DNA of 36,327 nucleotides from an uncultured Oxalobacter sp. (lineage in GTDB: Bacteria; Pseudomonadota; Gammaproteobacteria; Burkholderiales; Burkholderiaceae_D). The translations under genes were made by a program, and so were the position numbers. The notes under the pieces were generated by a model. It did not search any database, was not told the DNA's origin, and saw only the letters and a list, made by a program, of their open reading frames with translations. Location of the stretch: positions 27,374 through 63,700 of the forward strand of contig CAZWTQ010000002.1 in NCBI GenBank assembly GCA_964636975.1. The letters run 5' to 3'. Numbering within the stretch: the first letter of the stretch is position 1; the number at the start of each line of letters is the position of its first letter. Of this stretch, positions 1 through 9,980 are shown piece after piece.

Positions 1-560
1 TTTTTTTGAGTCAACCAATTTTCCAGTATCTTCCGAGATACATCCAGTAACGGACGCCCCAACAGGATCTGTTCCCCTGATGTCTGATAAGGCAAAGCCA
101 CACAATTCGCCATACCAACCAACCCTGCCAACCCTGTACCTCGTAGCAACTGCATCAAAATAGTTTCCAGCTGGTCATCCTGATGATGTGCTGTCAGCAA
201 TAACGGTACGTCATGCTGGTAACACAATCTACCAAGTGCCTGATAACGCTTGCGCCGGGCATTTGCTTCAACCCCTTCCCCGTTGCAATTGTCCACCTGT
301 ACTTTCATAGTATCAAAACGTACACCAATATCCTGACAGACCTGCTGGCAATGCACCAACCACCGGTTTGCATAGGGACTGATGCCATGATGGATATGAA
401 ATGCCCATAAAGGCACCCTCTCTTCTTTCGCATATTGGCGGGCAAGGCAAAGCAATGCAGTAGAATCAATTCCACCACTGAAAGCTACTGCCATCGGTGC
501 CTTAGAAAAAATATGCATCCGGATAAGTTCTAATGCGTGCTTAAAGATTCCTTCAATCAA
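1..560 (-). CDS. tilS: tRNA(Ile)-lysidine synthetase, 5' part (runs off window start)
   Basis: Manual translation of the minus strand gives AVAFSGGIDSTALL (PP-loop), HIHHGIS and LLTAHHQDDQLETILMQLLRGTG. It follows accA directly. Start is uncertain: TTG at 560 with AGGAAA upstream, or ATG at 518. Not in the ORF track. Confidence 0.93.
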   Translation of the reverse strand, partial: MIEGIFKHALELIRMHIFSKAPMAVAFSGGIDSTALLCLARQYAKEERVPLWAFHIHHGISPYANRWLVHCQQVCQDIGVRFDTMKVQVDNCNGEGVEANARRKRYQALGRLCYQHDVPLLLTAHHQDDQLETILMQLLRGTGLAGLVGMANCVALPYQTSGEQILLGRPLLDVSRKILENWLTQK

Positions 561-573
561 AGCAAAATATTTC

Positions 574-1551
574 CTAAGCAACCGAAATCGTATCGCTGAA
601 CTTTCCAAAACCCAACCATTTTTCCTGACGAGCTGCCAGCAATTCATCAACTGGCACATCTTTCAACTTTACATATGCTTCGAGCAAAGTCTGTTTGAGG
701 GTTTTTGCCACTTCTTTCAGATCGCGATGTGCGCCACCCATTGGTTCTTCGATAATACGATCAATTAATCCAATTTCTTTCAAGCGTTGCGCCGTCAGCC
801 CCAGAGCCTCCGCTGCCTCACTGGCGCGCTCTGCAGTTTTCCAAAGAATAGACGCACAACCTTCCGGTGAAATCACTGAATAAATAGCGTTCTGCAACAT
901 CTGGACAACATCTGCAACAGCAATCGCCAAAGCACCTCCAGATCCGCCTTCCCCGATTATAGTCGCAACAACAGGCACCTTGATCTCCGCCATTTCATAC
1001 AGGTTACGACCGATGGCCTCAGACTGTCCCCGTTCTTCGGCATCAATACCCGGGAATGCGCCAGGTGTATCAACAAACGTGAAAATGGGTAGACCAAATT
1101 TCTCTGCAATATGCATCAGGCGAAGTGCTTTACGATAACCTTCTGGACGAGGCATTCCAAAATTGCGGAAACTCCTTTCCTTAATGTCCCGCCCTTTCTG
1201 ATGTCCAATTACAACACAGGGAACACCATCTAAACGAGCAAGACCACCGACAATCGCAGGATCATCTGCAAAAGCCCTGTCACCATGCAGTTCATAGAAG
1301 TCTGTGAAAATTTCCTGGATATAATCAAGTGTGTAAGGTCGACCTGGGTGACGGGCAATCTGGGAAACCTGCCAAGAGGACAAACCTGTATAGATTTCTT
1401 CAATCAACTGACGGTATTTTTCTTCCAGCCGATGAATTTCCTCAGAAATATCAATGGAAGAAGAGTCTCCTTGAACAAGACGCAATTCCTCGATTTTTGC
1501 ATTCAATTCAGCAATCGGCTGTTCGAAGCTGAGAAATACGGTTTTAGCCAC
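574..1551 (-). CDS. accA: Acetyl-CoA carboxylase carboxyltransferase alpha subunit
   Basis: [42 protein letters not shown] motifs; GTG start with AAGGAG RBS; TAG stop. Confidence 0.98.
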   Translation of the reverse strand: MAKTVFLSFEQPIAELNAKIEELRLVQGDSSSIDISEEIHRLEEKYRQLIEEIYTGLSSWQVSQIARHPGRPYTLDYIQEIFTDFYELHGDRAFADDPAIVGGLARLDGVPCVVIGHQKGRDIKERSFRNFGMPRPEGYRKALRLMHIAEKFGLPIFTFVDTPGAFPGIDAEERGQSEAIGRNLYEMAEIKVPVVATIIGEGGSGGALAIAVADVVQMLQNAIYSVISPEGCASILWKTAERASEAAEALGLTAQRLKEIGLIDRIIEEPMGGAHRDLKEVAKTLKQTLLEAYVKLKDVPVDELLAARQEKWLGFGKFSDTISVA

Positions 1552-1663
1552 ACTATCTCCTTCTTGGTTGCATTTTCTAACAGGGTAGCTTTAAAAAGAA
1601 ACTCTCCCTATTTTACAGAGACCAAACCGACGAAACCATATCTAATCACAAGTAGCTATTTGA

Positions 1664-3049
1664 TTAGGCGCATCGCCATTTTGTAACACCGTCCGATCGA
1701 TCTTCTAGTTCAATACCTTTTTCCTTCAATGCATCGCGAATCCTGTCTGCCTCTGCATAATCCTTGTTTCTCTTCGCAACAAGCCGTGCCTCAATCTGTG
1801 CATCAATCCAAGCAGTATCCATTTCATCGGTTCTCCCTTTCAGGAATTCATTTGGATTACGATCCAATAGTCCCAAGACATTCCCTAAAGATTTCAACAG
1901 GGAAGCCGTTTCCTCGGAATGACTTCGATTGATTTCCCCTGCCAGCTCAAACAAAACAGCAACCGCCTCTGCTGTATTGAAATCATCATTCATTGCATCT
2001 CTGAAACGGGCAGCATAAGGGTTACTCCAATCAATCATAACAATTTTGGTATCCCCCATGCCATTCAACGCTGTATAAAGGCGTGTCAGTGCGCCTTTGG
2101 CATCATTGAGATGTGCATCCGAATAATTGAGTGGGCTTCGGTAATGTGTGCGAATAATAAAGAAACGCAAAACTTCTGCATCGTAATCCTTAATAACATC
2201 GCGGATGGTGAAGAAATTGCCAAGCGACTTGGACATTTTCACATTATCTACGCGGACAAAACCGTTATGCATCCAATAATTGACAAAGGGTTTTCCGGAA
2301 GCCCCCTCTGATTGAGCAATCTCATTTTCATGGTGTGGGAACTGCAGGTCAAAACCACCGCCATGGATATCAAAATGTTCCCCCAACAATTTGTTGGACA
2401 TCGCTGAACATTCGATATGCCAGCCCGGACGTCCTTTACCCCATTTAGAATCCCATTTTGCTTCATCTGGTTCTGATTTCTTTGCAGATTTCCATAAAAC
2501 AAAATCCAGTGGATCACGCTTATCAGTATTGATATCCACCCGTTCCCCTGCCCGTAAGTCATCAATCGATTTGCCAGATAACTTACCATATCCCTTGAAA
2601 TCCCGAACAGAATAATTCACATCACCGTTTTCAGACTGATAAGCCAAACCTTTTTTTTCCAACTTATCGATAATTGCCAACATCTCACTGACATATTCTG
2701 TCGCTTTCGGTTCGTGATCTGGAGGAAGAATGCCCAAAGCCACAGTATCTTCATGCATATACCGTGTAAAGCGGGTCGTCAAATTCAGCATGGATTCCCC
2801 ATTCTCATTGGCACGATTGATAATCTTGTCATCAATATCGGTAATGTTACGGACATAGGTGACTTCATACCCCAAAGTTTTCAGCCAGCGGTAAACAACA
2901 TCAAAAGACGCCATCATCCGGGCATGTCCCATATGACAGTAATCATAGATTGTCATGCCACAAACGTACATTTTAACTTTACCTGGTTCAATGGGTTTAA
3001 AAACTTGTTTGCTTCTAGTCAAGCTGTTGTATATCTGAAGATCGCTCAT
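1664..3049 (-). CDS. cysS: Cysteine--tRNA ligase
   Basis: [13 protein letters not shown] (HIGH-like), [23 protein letters not shown]. Confidence 0.98.
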   Translation of the reverse strand: MSDLQIYNSLTRSKQVFKPIEPGKVKMYVCGMTIYDYCHMGHARMMASFDVVYRWLKTLGYEVTYVRNITDIDDKIINRANENGESMLNLTTRFTRYMHEDTVALGILPPDHEPKATEYVSEMLAIIDKLEKKGLAYQSENGDVNYSVRDFKGYGKLSGKSIDDLRAGERVDINTDKRDPLDFVLWKSAKKSEPDEAKWDSKWGKGRPGWHIECSAMSNKLLGEHFDIHGGGFDLQFPHHENEIAQSEGASGKPFVNYWMHNGFVRVDNVKMSKSLGNFFTIRDVIKDYDAEVLRFFIIRTHYRSPLNYSDAHLNDAKGALTRLYTALNGMGDTKIVMIDWSNPYAARFRDAMNDDFNTAEAVAVLFELAGEINRSHSEETASLLKSLGNVLGLLDRNPNEFLKGRTDEMDTAWIDAQIEARLVAKRNKDYAEADRIRDALKEKGIELEDRSDGVTKWRCA

Positions 3050-3292
3050 CTTGAATCGTTATCCGCCTTGACAATAAAAAGATTATCATTTTACTGTGAA
3101 TTCATTCTACCCATATAATTTTTTACCAAAACAAATCAGATCAAAGAAATGGTTTGCTTCCAAGAGTATGACGATATCATTGTCTAACCGATTCTGCTAG
3201 AATGTCTCTTATCTTTGATTCATATAGACGGAGTACCGACCTCTCCGCATAGTATCATCCAACCTAAAACCCTCAACTCACCAAGGAATAAT

Positions 3293-3784
3293 ATGGCTGT
3301 CATACTGAACACCAATTTCGGTAAAATCAAAATTGAACTCAACGAAAAAAAGGCTCCTGAAACCGTCAAAAATTTCCTGGAGTATGTCAATTCAGGATTT
3401 TATAACGGCACTATCTTCCACCGTGTCATTGGCAACTTCATGATCCAAGGCGGGGGCTTTGACCAAAACATGAATCAGAAAAAGACCAACGCCCCGATCA
3501 AAAACGAAGCCAATAACGGTCTTTCCAACAAGACATATTCCGTTGCGATGGCTCGTACACCGGATCCTCACTCTGCCACAGCACAGTTCTATATCAATGT
3601 CGCTGAAAATAGCTTTCTCGATTATCCAGGACATGATGGATGGGGATACTGTGTTTTTGGAAAAGTCACTGAAGGCATGGACGTTGTTGACAAAATCAAA
3701 CGTGTCAAAACCGTTTCCCATCCAACCGGTCATGAAGATGTTCCACTGGAAAGCGTCATCATCGAATCTGCGGAGGAAATCTGA
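3293..3784 (+). CDS. ppiB: Cyclophilin-type peptidyl-prolyl cis-trans isomerase
   Basis: [40 protein letters not shown]. Start reassigned to ATG 3293 (AAGGAA RBS), 163 aa, no signal peptide, directly upstream of lpxH. Confidence 0.93.
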   Translation: MAVILNTNFGKIKIELNEKKAPETVKNFLEYVNSGFYNGTIFHRVIGNFMIQGGGFDQNMNQKKTNAPIKNEANNGLSNKTYSVAMARTPDPHSATAQFYINVAENSFLDYPGHDGWGYCVFGKVTEGMDVVDKIKRVKTVSHPTGHEDVPLESVIIESAEEI

Positions 3785-3808
3785 CTCAATTATATATTTC
3801 CTGTTATC

Positions 3809-4570
3809 ATGGATCAGTCTGCACGTTTCAAAGCGATTTTTCTTTCAGATCTTCATCTATCTGAAAACCTGCCGGAAACAACGCAGGCCTTCCTGGATTT
3901 TCTAAAACTCTCGGGAAAACACGCTGATCAACTCTACATTTTGGGTGACTTATTCCAGTATTGGGTTGGCGACGATGCCATGACAGATGATCCTTATCTC
4001 CAGACGGTTATCTGTGCCATCAAAGCATTATCAGACAGCGGAACGGATGTCTTCTGGATCTGCGGAAATAGGGATTTTTTAACTGGCAAGAAATTTCTGA
4101 AAGCAACTGGTACAACCGCCCTCAAAGAACCAGGCATCCTGCAGGCAGGTAATCTACGTATTGCTATGGTTCACGGAGATGCTCTTTGTACCGATGATGT
4201 TGCCTATATGAAATTCCGTGCCAAAGTCAGAAATCCCATCTGGCGCTTTTTCTTTCTACTGATTCCTCTCTCAAAACGAAAAGCTATTGTTGCTAGCGCA
4301 CGAAAGGACAGCACTCAAAACAATATGACCAAATCGGCTAAAATCATGGATGTCAACCCAGATGCCGTCAAAGCTATCATCGCTCAAACTGAGGCCGATG
4401 TTTTAATCCATGGACACACCCACCATCCGGGAGACTATACCATTCACTTGCCTAAAGGGAATCGGCGTCGTCTGGTACTTTCAGACTGGGATTTAGACGA
4501 TCAAAAACACCCCAGAGCTGACTGGCTTTCTGTAACACATGACGGCATCATTGAACGCCACACTTTCTGA
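3809..4570 (+). CDS. lpxH: UDP-2,3-diacylglucosamine diphosphatase
   Basis: Metallophosphoesterase motifs SDLHL, LGDLF, GNRDFL, HGD, IHGHTH, LSDW; ppiB-lpxH synteny. Confidence 0.95.
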   Translation: MDQSARFKAIFLSDLHLSENLPETTQAFLDFLKLSGKHADQLYILGDLFQYWVGDDAMTDDPYLQTVICAIKALSDSGTDVFWICGNRDFLTGKKFLKATGTTALKEPGILQAGNLRIAMVHGDALCTDDVAYMKFRAKVRNPIWRFFFLLIPLSKRKAIVASARKDSTQNNMTKSAKIMDVNPDAVKAIIAQTEADVLIHGHTHHPGDYTIHLPKGNRRRLVLSDWDLDDQKHPRADWLSVTHDGIIERHTF

Positions 4571-4572
4571 TT

Positions 4573-5331
4573 TCACTTCATCAGTTGGTTAAGTTGCTCC
4601 GTACTAAGAGTCTTGCTATTTTCATCAGCCTTTTCAACCGGAATCCCTGCTGATTCAAGGGCTTTAGTCAGTTGTTGGATACGGCGTTCTTGTGCTGCAT
4701 GATTGTTAATTAGCCCATGCAATGCCTTGATGAGTGGGTCATCTTCATTGGCAGTAATGCCATAAGAATTGAATAGTTTGGTAGCTGCATCCTGTTTCTG
4801 TTCTCCTGTCTGCTGTTCCTTCACGATGATACGGGCAGGATTACCGACAGCCGTCGCTCCTGACGGTACCGCCCTAACAACCACCGCATTGGAACCAACC
4901 TTGGCACCATCACCAACCGTAAAACTTCCCAATATCTGAGCATTAGCTCCGCAGATAACCCCATTACCTAATGTTGGATGACGTTTCTTTCCTTTAGTCA
5001 GCGATGTCCCCCCCAAAGTAACACCTTGATAAATTGTGCAATCATCTCCGACCTCGGCAGTCTCACCAATGACAACACCACAACCATGGTCAATGAATAC
5101 CCTGCGACCGATAACAGCAGCGGGATGAATTTCAATCCCTGTAACCACTCTTGCCAAATGAGACAAAAAACGGGACAACCATTTCATGCCATGATTCCAG
5201 AGCCAATGGGACAAACGATGAATTGCCAATGCCTGAAAACCTGGATAGCAGGTCACAATCTCCCAACCGCTACGTGCGGCAGGATCACGTTCCATAATGC
5301 TTTTGATTTCTTCTTTGAAGCGACTGGACAT
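4573..5331 (-). CDS. cysE: Serine O-acetyltransferase
   Basis: RDPAAR, TGIEIHPAA, FIDHG, GVTLGGT, KRHPTLG hexapeptide-repeat motifs; likely ATG at 5331 (ORF track extends to 5349). Confidence 0.95.
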   Translation of the reverse strand: MSSRFKEEIKSIMERDPAARSGWEIVTCYPGFQALAIHRLSHWLWNHGMKWLSRFLSHLARVVTGIEIHPAAVIGRRVFIDHGCGVVIGETAEVGDDCTIYQGVTLGGTSLTKGKKRHPTLGNGVICGANAQILGSFTVGDGAKVGSNAVVVRAVPSGATAVGNPARIIVKEQQTGEQKQDAATKLFNSYGITANEDDPLIKALHGLINNHAAQERRIQQLTKALESAGIPVEKADENSKTLSTEQLNQLMK

Positions 5332-5504
5332 TTTGAAAAAACACTGCAAACTACTGGAAGCAGATAATAACCGTTTCCAAAAAACTGCACGGAGAAAGTC
5401 GATAGGGTTTGTTGTAGCCAGTATATTACAATGCCTCGCTCTTCACAAAAACTTGATTGGATGCGCATTATCAATCCAATGGTTTCGGACGGTAATACCA
5501 TTCG

Positions 5505-6254
5505 TCAAGCTTTGCCCGTAGCATTGATACGCTGGCGACGTGCCTCATACAGGCAAACCCCGGATGCTACAGAAACATTCAGACTTTCAACGAAACCCAG
5601 CATCGGGATACTCACCAGCTCATCGCAGTTCTCTTCTGTCAGATGTCGCATCCCTTTGCCTTCTGCCCCCATAACAAAAGCTGTCCCACCAGTATAATCA
5701 ATGTCATACAAACTTTTGGATGCAATATCGGATGTCCCAACCACCCAAATACCGCATTCCTTTAACTGGCGGATGGTTCGTGCCAGATTGGTTACCGCCA
5801 GATAAGGTACTACCTGAGCTGCCCCACTGGCAACCTTTTCCACAGTGGCATTAATTCCAACAGAGCGGTCTTTTGGGGCAATGATGGCATGAGCTCCTGC
5901 ACTGTCCGCCACTCGAAGACAAGCACCCAAGTTATGTGGATCGGTAACACCATCCAATACCAGCAAGAGAGGAGACCCTTCAATAGCATCCAACAGTTCC
6001 TTCAGATTCCTTGCTAGAGGAAATGCTTCTGCCATCGCAATTACTCCCTGATGACGGTGTGTCCCTGCCATCCGATCAAGACGTTGTCCACTCGTCTGGA
6101 TAATCCGTATACCTGATGTTTTGGCAAGCCCCAACAGATCTTGCATACGGCGGTCTGTGCGACCTGCATCCACATAAACCATTCCAATAGAGGATGCTTC
6201 ATGACGGATTCGAGATGTGACCGCATGGAAGCCAAATACAACCCTGCTTTTCAC
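5505..6254 (-). CDS. rlmB: 23S rRNA (guanosine-2251-2'-O)-methyltransferase
   Basis: [41 protein letters not shown] (SPOUT family); follows rnr. Confidence 0.96.
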   Translation of the reverse strand: MKSRVVFGFHAVTSRIRHEASSIGMVYVDAGRTDRRMQDLLGLAKTSGIRIIQTSGQRLDRMAGTHRHQGVIAMAEAFPLARNLKELLDAIEGSPLLLVLDGVTDPHNLGACLRVADSAGAHAIIAPKDRSVGINATVEKVASGAAQVVPYLAVTNLARTIRQLKECGIWVVGTSDIASKSLYDIDYTGGTAFVMGAEGKGMRHLTEENCDELVSIPMLGFVESLNVSVASGVCLYEARRQRINATGKA

Positions 6255-6288
6255 GATGCTACCTATTCCTTATCATGCCCAACTAGTT

Positions 6289-8592
6289 TCACCCTGACTC
6301 TACCTGTCCCTGCAGCACTGAATTGCCACCATCAACTCCCAAGGCTCCTTCTGATGAGAAAGGACCCTCCACCAAATGAAAATCAATCTGGCGAGCATCT
6401 AGATTGACACGGGAAACCTGTACTCTGACCTTATCTGCCAAATGAAAACAAACACCACCTCGCTCACCACGCAGTTCGCGACGGACATCATCGTAATGAT
6501 AATAGTCCTGTCCTAGATCTGTCACATGCACCAATCCTTCGATATACAAGTCATCCAGCTCAACAAATACACCGAAACCTGTAACGTTGGTAATCGTCCC
6601 CATGAATTCCTTGCCCAACTTGTCACGCATATACCAACACTTCAACCATTGCTCCACATCATGGGATGCTTCTTCTGCTCTGCGTTCATTGGCGGAACAG
6701 TGTAGCCCCAGCATTTCCCAAACTATATGCTCTTTGCTGACCTTTGTTGACCTGCCTGTCGTATTTCTACCTAAAAAAACCTGTTTTCGAATAGATTCCG
6801 GCACATTCAGATTCAGCTTCCTTCGATCTATACCCTTTGGGACATATTTCCCACCATTCAGTATAGCCTTGATGACCCGATGAGTCAGTAAATCTGGATA
6901 ACGACGAATCGGACTGGTGAAATGCATATATGCCCCGAATGCCAGCCCGAAATGTCCGATATTGTCAGGTGTGTACACAGCTTGCTGCATGGAACGCAAC
7001 AGCATTGTCTGCAATATCGTGGCATCAGGACGTCCAACAAACTGTTTAGCTACAGAAGCATAATCTGTTGGTTCTGGAGATTCTCCGCCTGTCAAAGTAA
7101 TACCAGACGATGCCAGAAACGCTCTGACCTGCTGAAGTTTTTCGCTACTTGGGCGGGCATGGATACGGTATAATCCTTCATGCCGATTGTGAGCGATAAA
7201 ATCCGCAGCGCAGACATTAGCAACCAACATACATTCTTCAATCAATTTATGTGCATCATTGCGTACCCGTGGCAGAATTTTTTCAATCTTACCATTGTCA
7301 TCGCAAATGATTTCTGTTTCGACTGTTTCAAAATCAATAGCTCCCCGATGCTCCCGTGCTTGCGCCAGAACCTGATAGAGAGAGTAAAGATCCTGAAGAT
7401 GTTCTACTAATGCTTTGTATCGAATAGCTTCACTCCCCCGCGGGTTCTGCAGAATGGCATAAACTTCTGTATAAGTTAGCCTTGCTACTGAGTGCATGAC
7501 TGCCGGATAGAACTGATAAGCTGTCACTCTGCCTTCTGCAGATACCTCAGCATCACAAACCATCACCAGACGGTCAACATCCGGATTCAATGAACAGATG
7601 CCATTTGACAATTTTTCCGGTAGCATCGGGATAACTCGGCGAGGGAAATACGTGGATGTCGTTCGGGCGAGTGCATCCCCATCCAACGGAGTTCCCTGTT
7701 GGACGTAATAACTGACATCTGCAATCGCCACAACCAGTCGAAACCCATTATTTTCTTTGACCGTCACTGGCGCACAATAGACAGCATCATCAAAATCTCG
7801 AGCATCTTCACCATCAATTGTAACCAACGGCACATCTCGCAAGTCAATACGACCTTTGACCTCCTCCGGCTGGACTGAATCCGGCAATGCAGCCACCTGT
7901 TGCAAGGCCGCTGGCGAAAAAATATGCGGCAAACTAAATTTTCGAACAGCAATCTCAATCTCGATATCAGAATCTTCCTTGTTTCCCAATACCTCAACAA
8001 TCTTCGCCGTCGGTGGAGCATATCGTGTCGGTTGTGTCGCCAGTTCCGCATTGACATATTGTCCTTCCCGAACCTTCTCCGGTTTTTCGTCCAGCAAAAT
8101 ATCGTGAGAAATTCGCCGATCTTCCGGTACAATTCGCCAGAAGCCGTCTTCCCTGACAAGGTGCCCGACAACATGTGAAGTTGATCGGACCGTAACCTTG
8201 ACAATCGTTCCTTCAGGGCGCCCCCTGTTGTCAACTCCCAGGATACGAACCTCTGCACGGTCATTGGGCATCACCTTATACATTTCCCGCTCAGAAAGAT
8301 AGATAGGTGGATCACCATCATCGCGGATCAAGAAACCATAACCATCTGGATTTCCCTGAATATAACCGGCAATAAAATGGGTTGACGTATTGACTTTGTA
8401 ATTACCTTTCGCATCCTGCATAATCTGTCCGTCACGCACCATCGCATCTAGGCGTTTCAGAAACCCTCTGTATTCCTTTGTTTTGACCAGCAATTCCTTG
8501 GCAAGCATTTTTACCCCATAACCTCGGGATGATTGTTGCAAAGTAGTCATGATTTCTTCCCTGCTAGGGATGGGATAAGGGTATTTTTTCAT
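6289..8592 (-). CDS. rnr: Ribonuclease R
   Basis: TIDGEDARDFDDA, IADVSYYV, HFTSPIRRYPDL, N-terminal HTH/CSD region and C-terminal S1; rnr-rlmB synteny. Confidence 0.96.
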   Translation of the reverse strand: MKKYPYPIPSREEIMTTLQQSSRGYGVKMLAKELLVKTKEYRGFLKRLDAMVRDGQIMQDAKGNYKVNTSTHFIAGYIQGNPDGYGFLIRDDGDPPIYLSEREMYKVMPNDRAEVRILGVDNRGRPEGTIVKVTVRSTSHVVGHLVREDGFWRIVPEDRRISHDILLDEKPEKVREGQYVNAELATQPTRYAPPTAKIVEVLGNKEDSDIEIEIAVRKFSLPHIFSPAALQQVAALPDSVQPEEVKGRIDLRDVPLVTIDGEDARDFDDAVYCAPVTVKENNGFRLVVAIADVSYYVQQGTPLDGDALARTTSTYFPRRVIPMLPEKLSNGICSLNPDVDRLVMVCDAEVSAEGRVTAYQFYPAVMHSVARLTYTEVYAILQNPRGSEAIRYKALVEHLQDLYSLYQVLAQAREHRGAIDFETVETEIICDDNGKIEKILPRVRNDAHKLIEECMLVANVCAADFIAHNRHEGLYRIHARPSSEKLQQVRAFLASSGITLTGGESPEPTDYASVAKQFVGRPDATILQTMLLRSMQQAVYTPDNIGHFGLAFGAYMHFTSPIRRYPDLLTHRVIKAILNGGKYVPKGIDRRKLNLNVPESIRKQVFLGRNTTGRSTKVSKEHIVWEMLGLHCSANERRAEEASHDVEQWLKCWYMRDKLGKEFMGTITNVTGFGVFVELDDLYIEGLVHVTDLGQDYYHYDDVRRELRGERGGVCFHLADKVRVQVSRVNLDARQIDFHLVEGPFSSEGALGVDGGNSVLQGQVESG

Positions 8593-8682
8593 TAGATTCT
8601 CATAGGAGTCAGTGGTGGGAAAAAGTACTGTGACATCCGAACAGCGACATGATGCTTTTTTTTCACCACTTCTGCAAGACTA

Positions 8683-8710
8683 TTGACAAAATCAGGAAGT
8701 ACACTATAAT
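8683..8710 (+). promoter_or_regulatory. Sigma70 promoter of tRNA-Leu
   Basis: Exact TTGACA (8683-8688), 16-bp spacer, exact TATAAT (8705-8710), 52 bp upstream of the tRNA; 16-bp spacers are typical of stable-RNA promoters. Confidence 0.85.
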
Positions 8711-8762
8711 AGCTGATCTCTTTCAGTAAAAAGTTGTTGGGTTTTGCTGAAGCATTGAAAAT

Positions 8763-8847
8763 GCCCACGTGGCGGAATTGGTAGACGCGCATGGTTCAGG
8801 TCCATGTGCCGCGAGGTGTGGGGGTTCAAATCCCTCCGTGGGCACCA
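8763..8847 (+). tRNA. tRNA-Leu(CAG)
   Basis: Acceptor stem GCCCACG/CGTGGGC, discriminator A plus encoded CCA; D-loop GGAATTGGTAGAC; anticodon arm CATGG-TTCAGGT-CCATG; long variable arm; T-loop GTTCAAATC; 85 nt. Confidence 0.97.
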
Positions 8848-8930
8848 AAGATCTGCAGAACAGTCCTACTAAAAGTGGTATAACTAAAGGACTTGATTCT
8901 AAAAAGAATATCAGCATAGTTTGGGGGGGT

Positions 8931-8960
8931 CATGTCTGCCGATAAAAATCGGCAGACATG
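8931..8960. repeat. Perfect 13-bp inverted repeat (stem-loop) downstream of tRNA-Leu
   Basis: CATGTCTGCCGAT-AAAA-ATCGGCAGACATG, preceded by a G7 run (8923-8929); no U-tract on either side. Confidence 0.85.
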
Positions 8961-9551
8961 GCGAGTTGGAGTTTCTAATGCAATTCCATACTACCTAGAT
9001 TGTGCGGAATCTTATAACCACTTTCCTAGTCGCTCTTATAAGCACAGACCTTTTTCAATGAACTTTCGGATAATATCTATGTTACTGTCTTCCGTGATAT
9101 GCTCAGAAGTAAAATACGGTTCATCATGATCCATAAAGTAATCTTCGGCGGAGCAAATGTTAACCTGAGATTCTATATTGTGATAAGCAGGGATACAAGG
9201 AGTCAGCGGAAAAATCAAAGAAGAAAACGTGTGGAAGCTTCATAACAAGCGTGAAAATAAATGGAATCATATACATATATTTAGTTAGCGTAATTAAAAA
9301 CGCATCCATGTAGTAAATAAAGCATGTCTGTGAAGAGGTCTCTTTCTCTCTCAGGTCTGTGAAAATTTACGTTTGAAAAAGGACTGAGGTATTTTGTCTT
9401 TTGACAAAAAATCACAAAGAATCTCGCCACTTCTCACGGAATAGAGTGCAATGATGATAATTTGAAATTTTCAAATGCAATATCCGATGAAATACAGAGA
9501 ACATCGAACTGTCTAACACAGCTGCCAATCCAAACATGGAAAATATACTGA

Positions 9552-9723
9552 TTTGATCCCCCGTATAATATCAGTGTGGCATTTGAGCACTATGATGATA
9601 ACCATTGAACATGGTCTCTAGCTCACACTAATTCGTCCTCAATTACAGGTTTTTTGGAATTTACTTCATATTACGGATGGAAGCATTTGGATTAGCCCGC
9701 TGGAGAAAAGCGAACAACGATAA
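9552..9723 (+). pseudogene. Fragment of a Type III R-M Mod-like N6-adenine DNA methyltransferase
   Basis: 9552-9602 reads FDPPYNISVAFEHYDDN. After a 1-nt frameshift near 9603 it reads IEHGL*LTLIRPQLQVFWNLLHITDGSIWIS. This matches the recalled Mod pattern DPPYNTGSAFEHYDDxxEHSxWLxLMRxRLxxLxxLLxxDGSIWIS. Confidence 0.8.
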
Positions 9724-9980
9724 AAAATGACCGTATCTGTTTATTCTGTCAAAGCAAATTATGCCAAACTCCTCGCTTATGCCGTTGACAAAGCAATTTC
9801 AAGCATTAAAAGAACAGTACAAGGCGAATACAGTCCTATCACTTGTGTACAATTGGGCAGATGTCTGCAACGAAGATAAGCATATTTATTCTGATTTAAT
9901 TAGAACACGTAGGTATGTCAAAAATCACACATGAAAATATCTGATTTTTTAAGAACTGTTGTTATTCTTTTTATAACCTT

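Noticed and set aside
5455-5480. ATTGGAT...ATCCAAT inverted repeat as an rlmB terminator
   Set aside because: Short AT-rich stem, 11-nt loop and an offset U-tract; too weak to call.
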